A DNA stretch of 64,000 bases from Vicugna vicugna (taxonomy: Eukaryota). The notes beneath the pieces were generated by a model. The model was not told the origin of the DNA. It saw only the letters and a list, made by a program, of their open reading frames with translations, and did not search any database. Positions 36,301-48,300 of the stretch are shown here, piece after piece. Position numbers and translations under genes: made by a program. Every line of letters begins with the position of its first letter. Within the stretch, counting starts at the first letter, position 1. Location of the stretch: the NCBI GenBank assembly GCA_013265495.1, contig MU062133.1, positions 16,294,899 through 16,358,898 of the forward strand. Reading direction: 5' to 3'.

Positions 36301-39300
36301 GGGGCACAGGACAAAGGAAGCAGAAAGGCAGGTAAGAAGTCATTGAGAAGGGTGGTCACAGAATCACTATACAATCATCCATAGGTATCCACAGAGATTG
36401 GTTCCAGGATCCCACTTCCATGGGTACCAAATTCCGTGGATGCTCAAGTCCCTTATATAAAATGGTGTAGTGCAGTCAGCCCTCTATACCCACGGATTTC
36501 ACATCCACACATATAGAGGGCTGACTGTATATCGGACAAATGAAAAAGGAACCTACATGTCCATTCGGTGAGGATTGGGTAAATAAACTATGCTATGCTC
36601 ATGCTACGGAATAGCATACAACCGTTAAAACATACTTTTGAAGAACTTTAATTAGAAGGAAAGAAGGCTCATGTTACGTGTAAAAACAGGACATACAACA
36701 TTGTGCATGTGTATATATAATATTTCAAATTCCGTAGGAAAAATATGTTATAAATACAGTAGAAACATGTCTATATATGGATAGGAAAAAAATGGAAGGA
36801 AGTAAATAAACGTAATGATGTTCTCTTAGAGGTGGGATCTGGGATGATTTTTATTTTCTTCTTTATACTTTTCTATATTTCTCAAAATGTTCTAAAATGT
36901 ATTCAGTTTATAATAAAATGCTGTTTTATGTGTTTTTTTCAAAGTAATAATAACGATGGTTAGTATTTATTGAGTGTTTACTGTATGCCAGGAACCATCT
37001 AAGCTACTTACTTTTACTAACCCAATGCTGTAAAACAGGGGCCGTAAGTACCCACATTTGCGTCTGGGCATAATTAACTTACCCAAGACCCACAGAGAGG
37101 AAGTAACTTGTCCAAGGTTACATTGTCATATAATGGCAGAGGTTAGATTCACGTCCTGGTCATTAGGCCCAGGGTTCATGCTTTGGACCATTACACTCTA
37201 GAGCAAGGGTCTACAGACTGTGGACCATGGGCCAAACCTGGCCCATTCCCTGTTTTTATAAATAAAGTTTTATTGGTACATAGCCCCACGCATTCATTTG
37301 TGTATTGCCTCTGGCCCCTTTTGTGCTATAATGATATAGCTGAGAAATTGCAGCAGAGACTACATGGCCCAGAAAATCCAAAATGTTTATAGGAAAAGCT
37401 GACACTTAACCTAAGTACTCTCAAGAAGTTCCTGTTGATAGAAATTTGTTTTGTTTTGTTTTGTTTTGTTTTGTTTTGTTTACATGTTCAAGAGAACTCC
37501 TGGTTTTATACATCAGTCCCACAGAGGAACCAGAAAAGACAAAACGGAAAAAAAAGTTTTTTTCTTTAAGGAGGAGGTGAAGATGAGAGTAATCCAAAGA
37601 GAGAAATTTAGGTGAGCCAGTGAGGAAATAGCTTCATCGGCATTAACATAATTCCCATTTTCTTCAGATATGTATGCACAACAGTAAGGAGCTTTAGGCA
37701 CCCACATTCAGTGTGAAATGGTCATCACCAACGATCAGCATCATCTGAGGTGTCCTGTGAGGGTCCCTGATCCTAGCTGTATACAGTCTGTACTCACTTG
37801 GAAGAGCTGGACATTGGCAGGAGGGTCTTTATGAAAGAGTAAGGTGGCGCTGGCATAGGTGGGGTCCAGTTTACCACACGTCTGTGGAGACAAGATAACA
37901 GGTGATCAGGACTGTTTCTATCACTGATCCCATCCTTGGTGGTCCCCCAGTGGTAACAACTTTCTCATCTCCTTGTTTACACTCCTTCCAGTACTGGCTG
38001 GATCAAACTCGACATCCAAATGTGGGCTCTGGCAGCGTCTCTTCCACCACCTCCACACCCTGTGTAACGAATGATTCCTACTTCTTCCGACACTCCGAAC
38101 CAAGGTTTCCCTCCTTGCTGCATGTACGCATGCTGCGCTCTCCGTTAGGAATATCCTCCTCCCCCAGCCTTCCTGGAAGAGTCGTCCTTTTTCTCCTCAG
38201 TTCTGTGGGACATATTTAATGATTTGGGATATGTTCACAATGTAATCTCAACAGAATTAAGGGGGATGTGAAACTCTCTATGTAACATGACCCAAAATCT
38301 GTTTAGAAAATGTTATATCCGGATCAAAAGATAGGGAGATGATAGATAGACAGACAGACGGATGGAAGGACAGATAGAAGAGAGAGTGAGATGGAGCAGA
38401 CAAACAGGATGACAGCTGGACAAATAAGTGTAGAAAAAAGATCAGAGGAATAAGCAAAAATATTAGCAGTGGTTTTCTCTAGGATCTGAGAGTAATTTTA
38501 ATTTTTCCCTATACATTTCTGTATTTCTAAAGTTTTCCACAAGTTCGTTACTTATATAAGCTGAGAGAATATTAAGTATTACGAATGTTTTCAAAAGAGG
38601 GGCCTCACTCTGCTGTCCCCACAGCTATGAAGCCTTCTCTCCTTTGTGGTCCCTGCCCCCATACTTCATCTTCTCAGTTGTCACATCAGGCTGGCCTTTA
38701 CTGACCCCATTCTCTCCCACACTAGGCTACCCCCCCTCCACCCAATGCCTAGTGCAATCTTATGTTGTAAAAGGTGCAAAATAAATGTTTGCTAGTGAAC
38801 CAATCTCCAGAGCTGGACTCCACCTCAGCCAGCAGTCTCTCCTGAACGCACATCCTTACAATGACCACATCCCCCCAGCTGTAGCAGCCCCACCTTATAT
38901 TTTCATCACACTACATTCCAATTCTAACTGCACAACCATAGTTATATCAGCTACACAGCTGGAAGGGTCATCTGGTCTACCCGCCCCCCAGAGTTTACAG
39001 CTGAGACTTACGAAGAGTTGTGATCTATTCAAGTTCTCATCTGAGGTAATGACACAACCAGGATAAGAACCCACATCTCCAGCCCTCAGCACAGTGCTCT
39101 GCCTCTCAGCCACCCAGTTGTCTCCCATCTCTATGTGGCTCCCTAGGCTGTGTCCCTGCTCCCTGCTCCTCTGCCCTTAGACGTCCAGAGGAGAGAAGCA
39201 TTACCACCTGGTCCACCACACTCTCCCACTCAGGCCTGCTTCCCAGATTCCTAAACACAAGTGCTTCAGGGAGTCTCTGCCTCACCCAGGCCCCCATACT

Positions 39301-42300
39301 CACATCATCCAAGTCCTCTTTGCCCAGCTTCTGAAGCACTGTCAGGTAGAACTTGAAGAAGAAGCTGAGAGTGAGGGTGCGCCGGAACTCAACCATGCCA
39401 CCTGGGGCGTCTGGGGACAAGGACATCTCCTCTGCCAGGCCTGTACACACATCCTGCAGCAACTTCTCATTCCAGAACCTGCCAGAGAGCAGGCCATGGA
39501 AAAGTGCTCCCATCCAGCTCCCAGAATCACTTGTGTGCAGTGGTTTGCACAGGGCCTTGGAGTCACATGAACCTCGGTTCAAAATTTGGCTCTACTACCT
39601 ATGGTTATGAGACTTTAGGCAAGTTACTTAACCTCCTTGAGCCTCTGTATCCTCACCTTTAAAAATAGGTACAATTTTTAAAAAGGCCACAAAAATAATA
39701 ACAGCTAAATCTGTTGAGTTCTTAACATGTACTAGGCAATGTCACAAGTGCTTTATATAAAACATCACTTTTAATTTAAATTAAAAGTTATAGTATGGGG
39801 AAATTTATACTCCTTTTACCAATGAGAAAGCTGAGGCAAGGGAAGATGAAGTGACTTGACTTATACGACCCATCTGGGAACTGTTGGAGCCAGGGATTGG
39901 AACCAAGAAGCCAAACTCCAAAGCTAAACTTGATCTGGGTGGTTATTGCAAGGATTTCATTGGATGGTGCCAGAAAAGTGCTTGGTACCACTGTAGCCAT
40001 AAAATGGCCATAGTAATAACGTACCAGCAGGAACAGCAATAGTGGCGGCGGCAGCAACAACAATACTAGTAGTAGGAGTACTAGCAGCGACAGAAGCAGT
40101 AACAACGGTGGTCGTGGAAGCTACAGTAATTGTAGAAGCAGAAGCCGTAAGGCAGTGGGAGAAGCACCAGGAGTAACGGCAGGAACAGCAGCCCCAGCGG
40201 CACTGTTAGTGGCAGCAGCAGCGGCAGCAGCAGCAGTGGTGCAGTCAGGAGCAACGGGCAGCAGCAGCACTAGGTGCGCTGGGGGCAGTGGTGGCCGCGG
40301 TAACAGTAGTAACAACAGCAACAGTAACAGCATTCATAACAGCAGCGGTAACAGCAGCGCGGCAGCAACACCGTGGCAGGAACGCCAGGAGCAGCAGCAA
40401 TAATAGCACTGGTAGTAGGAGAGAGAGCGCTCGCAGTAGCAACGGTAACAGTAGCCGGAGCCACAACAGTAACATTAGTCAAAGTCGTGGCGGCAGGAGG
40501 GACAGCAGTGACGGCAACAGCAGAACAGTAGTGACAGCAGCAGAAATGACGAGCAGCGGTAGTTTCAGCAGTAGCAGCAGCAGCAGCGGTAGCAGTAGTA
40601 ACAGGAGTTGTAGCTGCAGTAGGAAGCAGTAACAGCGTTAGTAGGAGCAGCAGCAGCCATGCCAGTAGTAGCACGGCAGCCAACGCTGCCAGCGGTAATG
40701 CTACGAGTGGCAGCAGTAGTCAGCCACACCAGTATAGGAGCAGCCATGGCAGCAGCAGCAGCAGCAGCGATGGTAACACTCTTAGAGTCACAGTCGCGGC
40801 AGCGACAGTGGTAATATTGGCGGCGGCGGCAGCAGCAATTTCCTTTTGCCGTCAGCTCTTACTTTGACAGCTGCTTCCGCGTGGTCTTGAGGGCTGAGAT
40901 GGTTCTGTCCGCCATTCCGCCGTAGCAAAGGGCCAGTTCCTTTACTTGTGTGGTTCCAGGCTGGAACAGGACTCTCATGCCACAGGTCACCTTGGCTATG
41001 TCATCTTCTCTCCGAGAGGCCTGCTTGAATGCTGAGAAAAACTCACCCTAAAAATAACAGAAAAGTACCAGTTTCCCACCTGGTTTTGCAAGGGCTGTAC
41101 ACAGACGGCCTGAAGCAGGGATACGGGTGAGGTGAGGTGGTAAGACCATCACAGAGCAGCAAGGAGCTGGTGGCAGGGATCAAAGATCGAGGCCTAACTA
41201 TTGCCTTTCCAGAAGTTCCAGATAACATTCCCAGAAGCTGGGAACAGGCCAAGATTTCCCCCTGTCAGTCAGGAAAATGTAAAGTCAGAGACACAGGAGA
41301 ACTGGGTGCTCTCAGCCCAACAGCTGGAGGAGGAAAGGTGCCTCCATGAAGGCTCCTCAGAGCCCTACTTAGCCCCCCACGTCTTCCCCATTCTGGTGCC
41401 CAGTGTCGTAGTCCACCCGGCCTCCCCCAGGGCTGTGCTGAAGCCTGTGTTGGCCTGACCACCTCTCAAGCAGGTACATTGAGATGCCAAAGGGTGTTTG
41501 AAACACAGCTTCAGCTTTCGGCCTCCACAGATGCTCTCCCTGACTTGTCTCTCTCACCTGACTACAGTTAGAAATCTTGTTTCCTGAAAGAAAGACTTGC
41601 TGTATGAGGCAATAGCTGCCTTTGTGCTTTGAACATACAATTCCCCTGGGTTTAAGCCAGGCTCTGTCTCTGGGGAAGGAGAATGTGAGTTGCTTTCCAG
41701 GTAAGAGCCTTTTGTGTCAGGTTCTGCTTGAGGTTTGAACTTCTCTTGGAACCACAAGTTCTGATTAACTTCCAACGTGGGAAGTTTAAGGAAAGGTTTA
41801 TTGCAGAAACAAGGAGCCCCACTGCTGAGGTCCAAAATGGCCTCAGGCTTTTGTTGAAGAAGCTATAGAGACCCCACCTGATGGTAAAGCTTGTCCAGAT
41901 TCCCAGTGTCTAACATGGTCCCAGGGCAACGAGCCCAGAACTTGAACTCAGTTCTGGAATAGAGATTCCAGCTGCTGCCTTCCGGACTGTGCCGGTCCAT
42001 GGTGATAATTTACCCCGGGGTTCATGCAATGTCATCGTCAGGTCATCAGCTGTTCTCTCTTGAGAAAACCTTCCTAATTCTGGGTATTAAAATCTCTTCC
42101 CATTTATGAAACGTTTTTTGTTAATGTCCCCACCTGGCAAAATAAAAACTGGGCAGTGCTATGCCCATTTCCTCCTCCTTTCCCCATCTTCTAATTTTAA
42201 AAAATTACTGATTGGTGAAATACAAAACCTCTGGGAATCACTTTTCAAAATTGTTTACAAGGATAAGCTGGAAAATCATTAAGATATGACCTCAGGGACA

Positions 42301-45300
42301 AAACTGCTCTAATTGAATCAGCATTCTTGTTCAGGATGTCAAAGTCAGCAAGGACAAAACATGTCTTGTAACATCCGCTACAGAACTGCCTGCGGTAAGC
42401 CCTTAGTGCTCTCCTTTACCGCTGGCTCCCGGCCTCTCACAGATCACTTTTCTAAAAGGCCCATTGCAGAAAGTGTGGGACAAAATCACACCAGGTCAAG
42501 ATGCCACAGGCCCCGGGGAACAAGAGCAAGGCAGCCAGAGGCACCCAGACCTGCCCCAACAGATCAGAACACCTGCTCGTGAAGCAGAAATCCATCTGAG
42601 CCAACCTGGGGTGAGGTCCATGAAAAAAAACACCTCGCCAAGCCCAAGGTCAGCATGTGAGGACCCGACTCACATGTAGCTTCCCCACTCAGCATGCAAA
42701 CCCCACACTTCATCACATGAAACCTAGGACAGGGACAGCTGGATGTATTCCTGGAACTGTGTTGCTAGCTACCAGCTGGTAGTCTCCACCAGCTCCCAGA
42801 CATCTGTCAGGAACCATTTGAATTATTTCTTTTCAGTCCTCTCAGTAACCTGCACACTCAGTAACATTTATTGGGTCCATTTTACAGAGAAATTGGGAAT
42901 CAGAAAGTCAAATGACTCACTCAGGATCACACATCTACCTGTCTGGTTTCCTAGTCTATGCCCTGTGCCTCCTACCCTGAAACTCCTCAGTGTCCAGAGA
43001 GGAATATGGTTAGCTAAAGGCAAGGTTCAGAGACAAGAACATCAGTGTTAAAGCTGAGAGATGCTAAGTTTGGTTCCTGTGGCAAATTCTGGTCTCCCTG
43101 TCTGGAGCTTGGCAGGAGTAGGAGTGATTCAAGATGCTTCAGACAGCATCTTACCTTCCTGCTATAGGGGATCTCAATGGAAAGCAGTATCTCCTCTGGA
43201 CCTAGGAGGGTCTTTCTGTAGCCGGGGAAGAAGGTGTGATCCATTGGAATCGTTCTCCTGGTGCCTGTCCAGAGGCAAGATAAAGAGGGACCAATGTGAG
43301 GAAGCATAAAACAGCTCACCAGCCAAATTCTCCATCCTGGTGTCTGATGCCCACAGGCAGAGGGAGTGGCTGGCACAATGGGGACCAAGGTGCTCCAACT
43401 GAAATCCTTAAGCAACAGTATGCTGCTGACTGTTTAAGAAAGTTCTTAAACAGTTCTTTGAGAAAAAACCCTGATTCATTTTCTGTGGTATAAATACTCC
43501 TACCACAGCCAATGTCAAGTTGTCAGAGCTACATCACTAAATGTGAAGTTAGAAAGAGGGTGGCAAAGAGTTGACACAGCAGACCTGCTATCCTCTGAAA
43601 GGCCTGCTAACAAGGTTGGCTGTTGGCTGTCCTCTGGGAATTTGGATTTCAGGAGCGCTCCCACCATTCCCTGGTAAGAATGGCTCACTGTGCCTAAAGT
43701 GTTTGTACAAATGGTTTATGCTGAACATCAAACCTGGAGGTGGTCTTGGGGAGCCTCCAACAGGGAAAGATGCACAGGAGCACCCCACTATGTAGCATCT
43801 CCACTCCACAAATATAATGAATGGAAAACCACCTCAAGGGCATAGACAATGGTAAAATGAAGTAAAATAATCAGGAAGTGGTGAATTCTGAGTATTCATT
43901 ACTTTTGTTTTTAATATAATTTATTTCATTGTAAGTTTATATAGTATAATTGTTAATAATGGCCATGTTTAACAAATGCTCCAAGTCCTTGAAAACGCAG
44001 CAATCAGCTGTGGTGAGTGGCGTGTGTACTCTGGCCCCAGCCCACCACTAAGTAAGGATGACAGGTCCTGCTGTGAATTCTTGGTAAAGTGATGGTCCAG
44101 CTCTCCTGGCCCCCAAGCTCTGTGCATCTCCCTTGCAGTTGCCAGAGATCCAAACTTAGGGGAAGCTGCATCATTGAGCTTCAGGCTCTATTTCCCCAGA
44201 AAGTGAGACTCCACCCGCTTCCCCCATCAGGCCCTCTTTCCTGACCTCTGCTTGAGGCAGCTCACCTCTGGACACGATGGTCAGCTTGGTCCCACTGGCC
44301 ATGAACACAGGGTTGAGGTCGGAGATGGGGCTGGCGGTGATGATGTTCCCTCCAATGGACTAGGACAAGCAGAGAGTGCATGAGAGCCTGCCCTGGGAAA
44401 CTCCTGCTCACACAGCCGGCTCCTGGACACACTGAAGGTGGGGGACACCTACTGAAGGGAGAGCTCTGAGGTCCTCCTACCCCTGCAGACACAGGCTCAG
44501 CACAGTGAGAACGTGGGCATTTAGGCATGCACAAAACTTGAGATCCCAACACCTGGGACTGGGTCCCAGCTCTGAAATTTACCCATCGGTAAACAAGGGT
44601 CAGCCCCTTTACATTTGTTTGTTTGACTGATTTCACCCAGACTTTTTCTGAAAGGGTTGAGGTGGTTTATCACAGAGGACATAGAGAGTTAGTAAAAGAG
44701 AAATGAAAGATAAAGATCAAGGAAAAAGAGGAGGAAGCCTTAAGGATAAACAATTTGTTCTCATTGAGCTTCCTTGGCAAAGAATATAAGGAGTATCAGA
44801 CACAGGGTCCCCATAATTAGGAAACAGGAAGAAAACCACCTGCTCCAGGAAAAAAAATCCTTCCTGGAAGCAGATTACACCAGAGCTGGGGGACTCAGTA
44901 GAGCTTCCTGGGTTTATGCTCCTCACCCATACTTGGAAGAGGCAGGTGCGTGGGGTGGGGTGAGGGGATGAGTGGCCTGTTTTGCTTTGTTATTTCGTTC
45001 TGATTTAAAACAACAACAAATTGGAATGGAAGAGCCAGCTTTCCTTCTGACACTATCAGTGGTTGTGAGATTCAGCACCAGGTGTGTGAGCCCATTTGCA
45101 AACTGGGAATTTGGAGGCTGGTCTGAAAGTTGATTGAGAACAGTCAACAGTTGTGCCCCTCCCTTCTCTCAAGGGGTCTATCTCTGGTTCTCCCCCGGAC
45201 TCTGAAAGGCAGTCCCCTGCCCTGTTTTGGCTTCTCCCTAACTTAGCTCTCATCCACCTGCTGGCAGCCTCAGTCAACTTCAGGAAGAGGGGACAGGCCT

Positions 45301-48300
45301 CAGGAGTAAAGACTGAGTCACAGCTGGAGAGCTTCCCAGAATGGCCCGCAGGCCACCTCATCAGAAGCACCTGTGGGGTTTGGTAAACACAGGCTCCCTG
45401 GGCTCCATCCCAGACCTGCTGGCAGAATCTCTGAGGATGGGATCCAGGAATCTGCATTTTTAACAAGCACCCCAGGCAATCCTAAGCACTAAAGTTGGAG
45501 GCCCATGGGTTCTGCAGCAGAAGTCAGACCAGCAACCCCTGCCTGGAGATGAAAATGCCTATCCTGGGCCCCCGAAGAGGGACTCACAGCCACTGACTTG
45601 ACTTGCTTCCCAGCAAACCAGCGCAGCTGCTCCAGGACGCCTCTGAACACCTCTGCTTTGTGGGCAGGAAGCTTAGCAACTGCATCAAGCAGGGTCTTTT
45701 CCACGCAGCTCAAGCAGCAAGCGGCTCCAAAAGAGATACCTGGGAACATATGCTCAGGGTAACAGCTATCCCCACCACAGCTGGGAAAGCCCTTCCACAC
45801 ACAGCCCCTACGAAGCTTCACAGCAACCCGAGGAAGGCTGAACCAGGACTCACATCCTTATGTGGATGAAGAAATTAAGGCCCAGAGAGGCCAAGTGACC
45901 TGCCCAATGCCATACAACTAATAAAAAGGCCAGAACTCAACCCCAGGCCTGTTGATCCTACAACCAGAATGCTCTTTTCTCTAAATCAGTGGTTCTCAAC
46001 TCAATAAAGCAGATCTCTGAGGGTGAAGTCCTGGCATTTTTTTAAAAAAGCACCCAAGAACTCCTCCCACCTACTCCCAATTGCCATGAGCGATTCTAAT
46101 GTGTAGCTAGGATTGAGAACAACTATGGAAAATCTCAAGCCCCTTGCCCACTCGCACCCCATCACAGATGCTCAGGGGAGGAAGGCAGGGACAGGTGCCT
46201 GATTCCCCCGTGCAGGGTGGCTCCAGAAAAGGCAGGAAGCAGTGAGAGCTAGAGGGGAGGCTTTCCCAGCACCCACCACCCACCATGGGACCCACCTCCT
46301 GCACCCCAGCCCCTCTGTGGGCTCAGGAGAACCTCCCCTTACCCTCCGGTCCATGCTCCACTGAATTCAGCTCAGGGATCCAGGCTGGGCAGATGATCAC
46401 AGGAAACAGCTGATTCTTAAACTTCATGTCAATGCCTCGAGAGAAATGAGAAGCCTCAAGTTATAGGTCCCAGTTCATTTGTTTGCCACCACTGCACACA
46501 GGATGGAGGGCATATTCACAATTGTAACGTACTCTGAGGATGTCTGGGGATTGGGGGTGCAGGGGATGAGATGTGGGATTAAATGCAGTTTCCACACTCT
46601 CAGCCTGAAAGAGATGTCTTTCCCTCTCAAAAAAATCCCACCAGCATTCAAACAGGACAAACCTGAATTCGCGTGTTTCTGTGTGTGCATGAGTGTATGT
46701 GTGTTTAATAACAATATCAGAAAACACAGGGCATTAAAATAAGTCAGGAACCCTTCTAAGCACTTCATATATTTTAATTCATTTAACTTTAACAATAACC
46801 CTGTGAAATACTGTCATTTCCTCTGTTTATAGATGAAGAAACTGAGGCACAGGGAGGTTGTTTTTTGCCCACATTACACAGCTAAGAGTGGGCACATTTC
46901 AGCACTGGAGCAATTATTAGAGTTGGGATGTAAAAATAATAATATGAAAGTCTAACATTCGGACAAAAATGGAAAATTGATTGAAAGAGATAACTTCATA
47001 TCTGCCTCCCCGCCCCTGATAGCTGTCTGAGTTCTTAAGGTGCATGGCTTGGGGGGACCGCATGCCTGTGTCCAGTTTCTGTCCTTCCAGCAAAAGAAGT
47101 TAGAAACCCCTGTGAACAGACGTGCTCTGTTCCTCAGACCCATGAGCACAGCGCCGCTCCCAGCCCCGCCACAGGGCTAGAGATGGAAGAGTTAGGAAAG
47201 AAACGTCTGCCTCGTCTCCACCTTCTCTCCTGCCGTGCCGTTGAGGGTCTCTGAAGGGTGGCCTGGCTCTGAGGAGTCTGGCCTGTTTGAATATTAGCTC
47301 ATAGGATAAAGACTACAGATGGAGGCAGTGAATGGCCCATCCTGATAAGGCTCTCTCTACGCCACCTTTCCCTGACATCAGGGCTGTAGGTGAGTACCCC
47401 GTGGGGATGTGCAGAAGTGGGGAGCGGGAGCAGCTGTGGAGTGGTCTCAAGAAAATATTTCTACCTTGGAGTTTATAATATCTTTGTGAATTCCTTTCCC
47501 TTGGAATCTAACTGGGTCCAGACATTGTGTGACTCATGGCAAGGAACATGTCATACGTCAAAGGACCGCAAAGATTCTTCCAGCTGGTCATTCTCCACCT
47601 TGACTCATGCTACCTTGGACCCTCGGGCCATGGCCATGCTGATCAGCATGATCACATCTCCTGAGGCACATCTCACAGGCCACCCTGCCATCCCAGTGTA
47701 TCACATTACTGCAGAAGGGGACTCTGTACTGCACCTGAGCTCACCAAGGGGCCCAGCTCTGCACTCTGCTAGCACGGACCTGAGTCAGGCCCTCCTGTCT
47801 GTGGCTGCAGATCCAACCAGAACCCAGAGCTCAGGGGCTCCTTCCAGAGCCAGAGCCTGGAGACCCCCCACAAGCTAGACTTGGCCGCTTAAAAGCATGT
47901 CAAGTCCCCCCAGACCAGGGGTCCTCTGTGGCAGACCTTGGCTGTGCTATGATTCTTCCCTTGGATCCTCAGTGGATTTGGGGCCCAGCCAAGTGGAAAC
48001 TGGCCAAGCTGGGTTTAGAAATGGATGGAGATTAGCAGGGACCTGGGAACCTCTGCTCCTGTGTCTTCAAGCACCAGGGTCGAGAGCCATCATCTTGAGT
48101 CTCCTGGACTCATCACATATCGTGGGCCTCATGTCACAGCTGGTGGCACCACAGGGCAGGTGGCCATGGTCACAGGCAACATGAGCACAGCCACAGCTGG
48201 ATGTCTCCTCTCCCCTGCCTTACCAACCACCCCCAGAAAAAGGGGGACGGGCAAGGGAGTGACATTTATGGAACCCCAGTGTCTGTCGGGCACCAGCCCA

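Noticed and set aside
39788-40747. Overlapping poly-Leu/Ala/Ser/Cys ORFs on both strands
   Set aside because: Arithmetic consequence of the stop-poor trinucleotide tract; no evidence of translation.
47635-47650. Perfect 16-bp palindrome catgctgatcagcatg (Maf-site-like TGCTGA-TCAGCA)
   Set aside because: About one perfect 16-mer palindrome is expected by chance in 64 kb, and the spacing lacks the central base of a MARE.
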